In this document: positions 1 through 64,000 of the stretch, piece after piece
Position numbering within the stretch: the stretch's first letter is position 1
How the letters are laid out: each line of letters begins with the position of its first letter
Assembly: GCA_951406725.2 (NCBI GenBank)
Contig: OX597836.1
Span: forward strand, 28,644,001 to 28,708,000
Direction: 5' to 3'
Length of the DNA stretch: 64,000 nt
Source: Octopus vulgaris
Taxonomy: Eukaryota
Position numbers and translations under genes: made by a program
Notes under the pieces: model-generated
The model's input: the letters and a program-made list of their open reading frames with translations, nothing else
Databases searched by the model: none
Told to the model about the DNA's origin: nothing

Positions 1-21
1 CACACTTCTACACACATATAT

Positions 22-404
22 TGGAAGCACTCCGTCGGTTACGACAATGAGGGTTCCGGTTGATCCGAATCAACGGAACAGCCTGCTCGTGAAATTAACG
101 TGTAAGTGGCTGAGCACTCCACAGACACGTGTACCCTTAACGTAGTTCTCGGGGATATTCAGCGTGACACAGAGAGTGACAAGGCCGGCCCTTTGAAATA
201 CAGGTACAACAGAAACAGGAAGTAAGAGTGAGAGAAAGTTGTGGTGAAAGAGTACAGCAGGGATCACCACCATCCCCTGCCAGAGCCTCGTGGAGCTTTA
301 GGTGTTTTCACTCAATAAACACTCACAACGCCCGGTCTGGGAATCGAAACCGCGATCCTATGACCGCGAGTCCGCTGCCCTAACCACTGGGCCATTGCGC
401 CTCC
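22..404 (-). mobile_element. tRNA-derived SINE, full length, young
   Basis: Reverse complement of 33121-33498; head GGAGGCGCAATGGCCCAGTGGTTAGG...GGTTTCGATTCC has pol III A and B boxes. Confidence 0.85.
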
Positions 405-1508
405 ACACACATATATACATACACTCTCTCATATACATATAGAAATAAACACATAGAAACACTAACACATTTATAAAAATATACATGTATACAAATCCAT
501 ACCTGTGAAACTACATAGATATATTACATACACTGCATAATTAAATATGGCTCTATATCTATATTGAGAGTTATGATGTAGGAGTTGAGAGCCCTAAAAG
601 CATCTTGGTTGCATCTACAATACGTACCTTTGCTTATTGAACTGAAAAATGTGTCTATACATATAAAGGAATTATAAATGTGACAAGCCTGTGTGTATAA
701 AATTAATGTGATGTAACATTATGGGATATAGATGTTAGGGGTGGAGTGCAGGTGGTTGTGCAAAAAATACAGTGAGTACAATGAGGAGTATATATAAGAA
801 GTACAATGGAGTTATATATATAAACACATGAAGTATAATAAGAGTACATGTTATAACCCTGTTGAAAATCAATGAATTTGAAAAAAAAATATGCAGCATA
901 AAATTTACTTTATGTACATGAGAAGAAAACCTGTAAAGGTACAAGATAGGATTTAAAGCAGGGAGCCAAAAGCAAATAAATGAAAAGGCAGAAAAGCATA
1001 GGCAAATATCATGTGAGTAATATAGGTAAATATCATGTGAGTAATATAGGGAAACTGTAAGTGCTGATAAGCCATGGGCTCCAGAGTTATTTAAAAAATG
1101 TGAACATGTACAGTATCATATAGTGAGTAACTTAAAAGAATTGTAGAATGAATTTTCTTTAGTGTGAGTAATCAATTCTCATTTAGAATTTAAAATTGTG
1201 GGGACAATCAAAGAAGGCAACTTGTGGACATTGATAGAGGCAGAATCAAAATTTAATCCTCAACCAGTCGATTTTGTAGTTTCAGATAAGCACATATGCA
1301 TATGAGAATACTTGATTTTGCATTTGTACATAAACATATGTAAATGTATGAGAGACCCTGTAACATTGCTAATTTACTGGTTTTTTTTTATATAGGTAAC
1401 AAATATGTCAAATCTCATCACTACTTTTTTGTCTCCACCACATCTGTATAAAATTTTTAAATATATTTTTTACAAACTTTTATATATGTTTGTATGTACA
1501 CCTGATTA

Positions 1509-1880
1509 TACCGTGAGTTGGTTGAACAATAATGGGAGGCAATATACCTTCCTGCGGAGATAAATATCAGAGGATCTGTTGGAACTAGGATTGACTTAAT
1601 GTTCTGGAGTCTTGGACAAGCTGTGATGAGACAAAAGAAGTCAGAAAATTGCTGGAAGCTGCTGTGAAAGCAAACCATTAAATCAGGCTCATGAGAGAGG
1701 TTGTGTGTTACGGCAAGAATGAGCACTTTGGATAGTGGAAACATCTCAGCCCAGAGTTGCAATATCTGACTCAACAAAACCTGTGCTGCTGTGTGGGAGT
1801 TTCTGGAGAGTTCTGGTGTTGCAATGGAAGGGATTAAAACACCCTGATGAGATATCAATTTCTGTATTTGGAGACTGAGT
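1509..1880 (+). mobile_element. Decayed 3' end of an RLE-type (HERO-like) non-LTR retrotransposon
   Basis: Translates as YRELVEQ*WEAIYLPAEINIRGSVG...SLG, then after a frameshift RKLLEAAVKANH*I; resembles the KY-x-EL...PVEVG-x-RGF...EAAE-x-AS-x-W C-terminus. Confidence 0.45.
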
Positions 1881-1942
1881 ACTGCTGCTCCCTTCCACAC
1901 ATGAGTGTTTTATCCTAAATGGAAAAATGTTTATGTAGATAT

Positions 1943-2210
1943 GTGGAGGTGTGTGGCTTAGTAGTTAGGCTGTTGCATTCTTGATTGCTAGTTCGTGGGT
2001 TCAATTCCCTGACTCGGTTGCATATTGTGTTCTTGAGCAAATCTCTTCATTTCATTTTGCTCCAGCCCCACTTTGATCAGGGTGTATTTTTGACCTACTC
2101 ACCTAGCCAGTGGGATGGTGTCATTTGAAGGCTAAACAGTACAAAAACACATTGTGACCAGCGATGTGTAACAACATCTGATAGTCTAGTCGGTCTGGTG
2201 ATCATGTGAT
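1943..2210 (+). mobile_element. tRNA-derived SINE (second family); related pieces at about 8295-8578(-), 40384-40600(+), 41229-41350(+)
   Basis: TGGCTTAGTAGTTAGG A box, GGTTCAATTCC B box, shared tgttcttgagcaaa segment and gtgaccagcgatgtgta...gatcatgtgata tail. Confidence 0.65.
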
Positions 2211-2803
2211 ATGTATGTATGTGCATCCAAATATGCACATGTGTTCTAGCATGTGTGTGTCTGTGTGTTTGTGTATTCATGTGTATCTTTATATTTTTAT
2301 GTGCATACAAGTATGAACATATATATGAGTGCATATGTCTGACTGTACTTTTATTTTTATCCATATATGGGTGCATATTCTTATAAGTGCAATTATGCTT
2401 TTGAATTTCATAATACTTTATATTCTGTTATTCTTATTTAGCCTTCTACTTTAGTTAATGAATAGATTTTGAAATTTATGAATTACCATGTGACTCTCCA
2501 ATAATAATAACTTTTAATTTGAAGATTTCTGAATACATTGCAATTCAACTCTATATAAAGAGTGAATTCAAGATTTTTTAGTTTAAACTAATAAGTACAA
2601 TGAACAAAAGTTTAGGCCCTTGAGTTACATTTGTAACTTTACAGCTTAATATAAAAAAGTGTATATATTTTTATGCATAGTTTCCATCTCATATTTGTTC
2701 CACAAAACATGCAATCACACACACACGTGGGTGCATGTGTGTGTGAATGTGAATGTAGGTATACATTTGAGTGTGAATGTGTAAATATGTAAAATATAAC
2801 TGT

Positions 2804-2863
<60 letters not shown>

Positions 2864-3864
2864 TCACTTCACCCTTCCCCTCTCATCCTTATTACTCTAG
2901 CTTTGCTCATCTTGGAGAATATACAGAAAGACCTTCATCAGACCTGTATATACCCCATACACTCAATCTATATTCTCCCCATCCTAGCCATTTGTATCTC
3001 TCATGCATTCTCATCATTTATCTATCTCATGCTATCCATCACTCTCTCACTCATATTCCCTCTTGTTTTTAGTGCAATAATAAAATAACAAAAAGTAGGC
3101 TCTGTTAAGGGAAGGGTTGTGTTAGTTTAGAAAAGAGAAAAATGTGCATTCAATACAAGTAGAAAAGCAAAGTTATCTCTCTGTTTGTCTGTCTATCTCC
3201 ACACACACACACACACAGATAGGCAGACAGACACGTAAACACATAGATGCACAAGCAGGCAGGCAGGCAGACAGACAGCGACAAAAACAGACAGACAGAC
3301 AGATCATTGGATTATTGTGTAAATGTTAGTACGAAGATGAGTTAAAAACAATATTAATTACTAAAAGTAGGAAAGTAGAGTTACATAATTTATTGGAAAC
3401 TGATTTTTGACAGTTTCAATTTACAATAAATCATATTACTGATAAGAATAATTTTCAGTTGCCAAGAAGAATGAGAGGAATAAAAACAGAGATCTTCCTT
3501 TTCTACTGAGTCTTCAGCAACTTCTTTCTTCAAGGACAATTTAGATAAAAAAAAAAGAGAGTAGTGAGTGAGATGCTACCTCCCAGAAAAGAGTGTCAAG
3601 TATGGCCTAAATGACTGACTTCTACTCTCATCCTGTGCATGCAGACAGGAGAATATAATCAGAAAGACAGTCTTATGAAATGTAGGGCTCTCTGACTGGC
3701 CCTGGGACATTTTATTTCATTTCATTTTCATTCTTGTTATTTTCTGGGCCTGCCTTCTAATACTTAATTATATGGAAGCCCACATCATTTTCTGACTTAT
3801 CATTTTAATGTCCCCTTACTCCTCTTCCTAATGATAAATAAAGACGTAATTATTAATAAAATAA

Positions 3865-3904
<40 letters not shown>

Positions 3905-4353
3905 GAGTGAAAGAGCAGCACACTCCATCAAAGTGACTCTGGGCTGCAAATATACGAAGCTCAATATACCAATCATGACAACCCATCTGATAAGGGTACA
4001 CATACATCATAATCATATGTGCTTAACTTGGTGTCCTCATATCAAGATAAACAATGCATGACCTTGCAGGTGGGGCCCAGTTAGAATTTTCTTCAAGTCA
4101 AGTAGCCCATACCACTTAAAAGGTGCATGAATAAGGATTGTTTAAGAATGATGAATTAAATACCCATATTCCCAGGGGTAAATTAGTCAAACCACAAAGA
4201 ATCCTTCTCAACACAAGATTATGATGCTCCCTCACTACTCCTGTTCATGATCAGAGATTTGCATATCATCAAGCACCAAGGGACATGCTCAACTGGTTAA
4301 GGTCAAACAATTGACAAGCAAATTTGTGATATTAAGCAGAATATTTGCTGTAG
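3905..4353 (-). mobile_element. About 450-bp interspersed retroposon with (AAT)n tail; second copy at 31999-32453(+)
   Basis: The two copies align over their length; this copy ends (minus strand) in tcactc followed by (aat)n. Confidence 0.75.
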
Positions 4354-5200
4354 ACAAAACATGTACATGATAACACTTCCAATCAGTATAGTCATTGTTA
4401 TTATTAATATTCTCCCTTATTTATTACTACCTGACATTGTCTCTTGCTCCTGTTTTCATCTGGCTGAGCTGAAGTGCCAGCTGCCAACACCCTTTGTAAG
4501 GAGGGTTCAATGCAACAAGTCATGGATTGAGACTGTGCAAACAGTAGACATTCCAGGAATAGTTTTAAAGGTATGGTCACTATTTGAAAAAATGTATTTT
4601 TCTACATTAAATCTTTTTGATGAACCTGCTATTCACAGTTCTCTATTGTGTATTATAAGTTGAGGCACAAAAAGGTAAACACAGATGAAAACTTTACATT
4701 CTACAGAGAGTAAGTGGCAAGCAAGGGTGACAAAGTTCCCAATGAGTCTGTGAATTTCATTAGAAATCAAAAGAATAAGTTTCTCCAGGGAATGGATAGG
4801 TTGGTCAGTTTATCATTGTGTGAATACTTTTCAGATATTCACATGATGATAAAACCCATTCTACTTGCCTTCATTCAGTGTTTGAGCATTGTTGATGAGT
4901 GAGAGTGAGAGAATGATTTCCTTGAATGGGCCTACACTCAGCAGGCTGCAGAATTTCCATAATTTGAACAAAAGTTAGCTGAGAAAAAATAACTAAGAAT
5001 GGCAAGTCGCATGTATTTGAATAACATAGGCAAACACAGGTATATCAAATACTATACTACATAAATTCTTAAGTTATTAAAACTATTTCTGCCAGTAGAG
5101 GATGTATTATAATTACTAAATGGCAATTAAGACCAGCTCCACTTGAAAAGGGGAGATAATACTAAAATTTATGAATTCTCCAAAGTTGACATGCTATTAA

Positions 5201-5407
5201 CCCTTTCGTTACCAACCCGGCTGAAACCGCCTCTGGCTCTGTAGTAAAATGTCTTGTTTTCATAAATTTTGAATTAAAATTTTCCAGCAACCCTTAGTCA
5301 CAATTTATATTCCTAAACTAGCTTAATGATAACTAAGTTATTTTACTAAATTCTTTGTTATATTTAAAGTAAATGAAAGAAACACAGAGCATCTCAAAAT
5401 AAAAGGG
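5201..5407. mobile_element. piggyBac-type MITE
   Basis: TTAA|CCCTTT...AAAGGG|TTAA: TTAA target duplication at 5197-5200 and 5408-5411. Confidence 0.75.
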
Positions 5408-6273
5408 TTAAGGAAAAGGAGGGACTTATCGTTTGCAGATAAGAGAACAGTTATGGGTACATGTTTCAGCCTCAATAGCTGTCAACCATATAACAATTGT
5501 CTGACTTTATCCCCAGTCACCAAAGGACTTAGACTGATACAGAAGCAAGTTGGACATATCTATGGTTTAGATCATTTGCATTATTTAAACAAAAATGAGC
5601 TAAGACAAATAATTCAGACTGGCCAGTGTAATGTATTTGGACAACATAGACATATACAGGTAGTGTGCAAGAGAGAAGACTGTGCTGGTATGGTCATGTG
5701 TAGTGTATGGATGAGGCTAGCTGCATAAAGAAGTGCTGATTACTAATTGTGGAGGGAACTTGTGGAAGAGATAGACCCAGGAAGACACTGGATGAAGTGA
5801 TGAGAAATGACGAGAGACCAAGACTTCCGACAATTTGCTGTGCTTTAGAAGACACATCAAGCTAAGTAAAATCCTAGCCATCCATACAGACATACAGACA
5901 TATCCTTTATGGGCTTGTGCCCCCCCCCCCCCCATACACACACAATCTGCCCTTCTGCGCAACCCATCTTCCCAACACCTCACCCCTTCTCACCAGCCAC
6001 TGCAGGCCCTTTCACTCTTCCTCACATGCCTATCTGCACACTTCTATGCCCTCACATATCTACCATACCCCCATCTCAGCCTCTCCAATTTCTCTCACCA
6101 CCACTTGCTACAGTCACTTCTTCCCACCTCTCCTCACACTCTTAAGAAACATCCTCCCTATCCCCTCTATACCACTTATATTCACCCCACTGTACCTTTA
6201 GGGTAGGTCTTGATGTATCTCCAACATCATCTGTATCGCTCTTACTCAGTCTATCTTGTCTTTCACTCAAACT

Positions 6274-6679
6274 TGTAACAGGATCTGGAATCGGTATCAC
6301 TGAAGGGGTGTCCGATCCGATCCCATCACATTCAATTTAGTTAGATATAACAGACGAAGTCAGGTTATCTGGGAAAGACAGCAAATTGTTGTTTATTACT
6401 CATGATAGTGCGTGTATTTTCTGAGGGGAAACGACAGCCAAATCTTTGTACTGCTTCTTGTTGGTTGATTGAAGTGATTCGATGTGGTCCGTTGCTAAGC
6501 TGGTGTAGAGTTCTCAGAGACTACCAAATGCACATCTGTTCACGAGGGCTGAAAGCGCCAGAGAGAGTGAATGAGTGGACTGTGCCTTAGGGGTCAGTTT
6601 CCCGCACATGCGCATGGGGAAGTCTTCCGGTGGCCACCCGGAAGTAGTCCCATTCTGCACATGCGCGCTGAACCTTACA
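6274..6679 (-). mobile_element. Probable solo LTR (406 bp)
   Basis: TGTAA...TTACA termini, GC/CpG-richer than flanks, AATAAA on minus strand near 6392-6397; no matching target-site duplication seen. Confidence 0.5.
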
Positions 6680-7143
6680 CAGTAGCATCAGTACAAACTC
6701 TATTATTCCACTGTCTCCTTTCTTTTCCTACCAGGATAGCCAAGTATCTTCTCTATAGTAAGATACCTATCTCTATCCCTCTGTTATACTTTAACTTCTC
6801 AACTGGTAGAGAGCCATCACCCTCAGTACCACTCTCTCTCCCAGCCAAGAGGTCTTTGTCTTGCAAGTTACTTAATGACATCCCTCTGGTGTTGGTGCTA
6901 CATAAAAAGTACCCAGTACACTTTATAAAGTGGTGTTAAGAAGGGCATCCAGCTATAGAAATCAAGCCAAAGCAGACAACGGAGCCTGGTACAGCTCTCT
7001 GGCTTGTCAGCTTGTGTCAAATTGTCCAACCCATGCAAGCATGGAAGACAGATGTTAAAGGATGAAGATGATGATGATGATGATGATGTTCATTAATATA
7101 TTAAAATAATATTAGTGTCAGTGTTGTTGTTGTTGGTATTATT

Positions 7144-7188
<45 letters not shown>

Positions 7189-7237
7189 GTTATTATTATT
7201 ATTATTATTTATTAAAAATTTATTATTAATATTGTTG

Positions 7238-7301
<64 letters not shown>

Positions 7302-7387
7302 TATTATTACTGTCACCATTTTTTATGTTGTTAGATTGGTGCAAAAGGTGAGGGTGAAGCACGAGAATAGAAAATATATACACTCAC

Positions 7388-63003
<55,616 letters not shown>

Positions 63004-63529
63004 CTAAAATAAAACAAACAAAAAAAAAAACATTAGATATCACCAACTTAACTATCATCATCATCAACATCATCATCATCATTATTAGCATTTTCAATAT
63101 GGTCAGCAGCATCATTAACAAAATTGTTTTCCTTAATCAATTCTGAAATTTGGCCCCTAAAGTGAATATTAACTCTAAATCATCCACATTTCAAAATTGG
63201 CATGTCTCATCAGCCCCACAGTGCATGGTTAAAATTATGAAAGCTGTGCCAGTCTGACTGCTTATTTATCAAATTCATCTGGTGGTATATATCTACCAGA
63301 AAGTCTATAACATCCTCTATGATACTCGAATAGCCAAGTCTATGATGATGATTCATATTCTAAGACTGTATGTGTGTGTATGTATGTATGTATGTATGTA
63401 TGTATGTATGTATCTATCTATCTATCTATCTATATATCTATCTATGTATCTATATACACATAGAGAGAGAGAGAGAGAGAGAGAGATAGATAGATATATA
63501 AATAGATACATATATCTCCTGCACTATCT

Positions 63530-63800
63530 CTGACACCTCTGTCTCCTTTCTTGACATTTTGGTCAGCATTCATCACTCCACCCTTACCACCTCCATCCAC
63601 TACAAACACATAGACTCACACTCATACCTCAACTTATCCTCCTTCCACCCTAAACACACCAAGCTTTCCATCCCCTATTCCCAATTCCTCCATCTACGCA
63701 GGCTCTGTAGTGACGACCATGACTTTGAGACTCAGTCACTTCATCCTACGTGAATATCCCCTCACCACTATCCACACCTCCCTGGACTGTGCATCTGCCC
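63530..63800 (+). mobile_element. Penelope-like RT fragment (different family)
   Basis: FLDILVSI...TSIHYKHIDSHSYL...HPKHTKLSIPYSQFLHLRRLCS matches the PLE RT C-terminal motifs. Confidence 0.8.
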
Positions 63801-64000
63801 TGGACCATGCATCTGCTCTCTCCCCCTCAACCCACCCTGCAGTCTCCCACCTACCTTGGCAATGACACCCCGGTCTCACGCCATTTCCGCTCTACCGGTC
63901 ACTCTTTGCAACACCTGTCCGTGTTCGGATTGTCCTTGCACAGAGGCCATCTGGACTTCCGTTTGCACCATGAACAGGGAGTAATTTTCTCTCTTCGTGC

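Noticed and set aside
1457-1900. 147-aa minus-strand ORF as a possible next exon of the gene
   Set aside because: No recognisable domain or convincing splice pair; better explained as the antisense of a decayed non-LTR element

Overview
AT-rich, microsatellite- and transposon-dense animal genomic DNA. The SINE/LINE families present suggest an octopod cephalopod (inference from recalled repeat sequences, not a database result). The window is spanned by one large minus-strand gene whose start and end both lie outside it. I traced 21 GT-AG exons (63003 down to 7388) that splice into one stop-free frame of 4119 nt (1373 codons). Its order is: three 21-nt Pro/Thr micro-exons, a SEA domain with an F-x-x-G-S-I motif, a mucin exon with 14 x 18-aa repeats each carrying an N-F-T sequon, a 30-nt micro-exon, an LDLa repeat, and five MAM domains (MAM/LDLa-type mucin-like extracellular protein). 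The introns hold tRNA-derived SINEs, RTE, CR1, R4/Dong-like and HERO-like LINE remnants, Penelope fragments, Tc1/mariner, hAT and piggyBac-type elements and a probable solo LTR. Most notable: (i) four well-formed and one degenerate minimal type I hammerhead-ribozyme motifs, two on the pre-mRNA strand and two forming the arms of a 1.2-kb palindrome; (ii) a micro-exon array growing by duplication of whole intron-exon cassettes; (iii) three intronic partial copies of the gene's own exons, one a candidate poison exon. All calls were made by eye; repeat boundaries are approximate.
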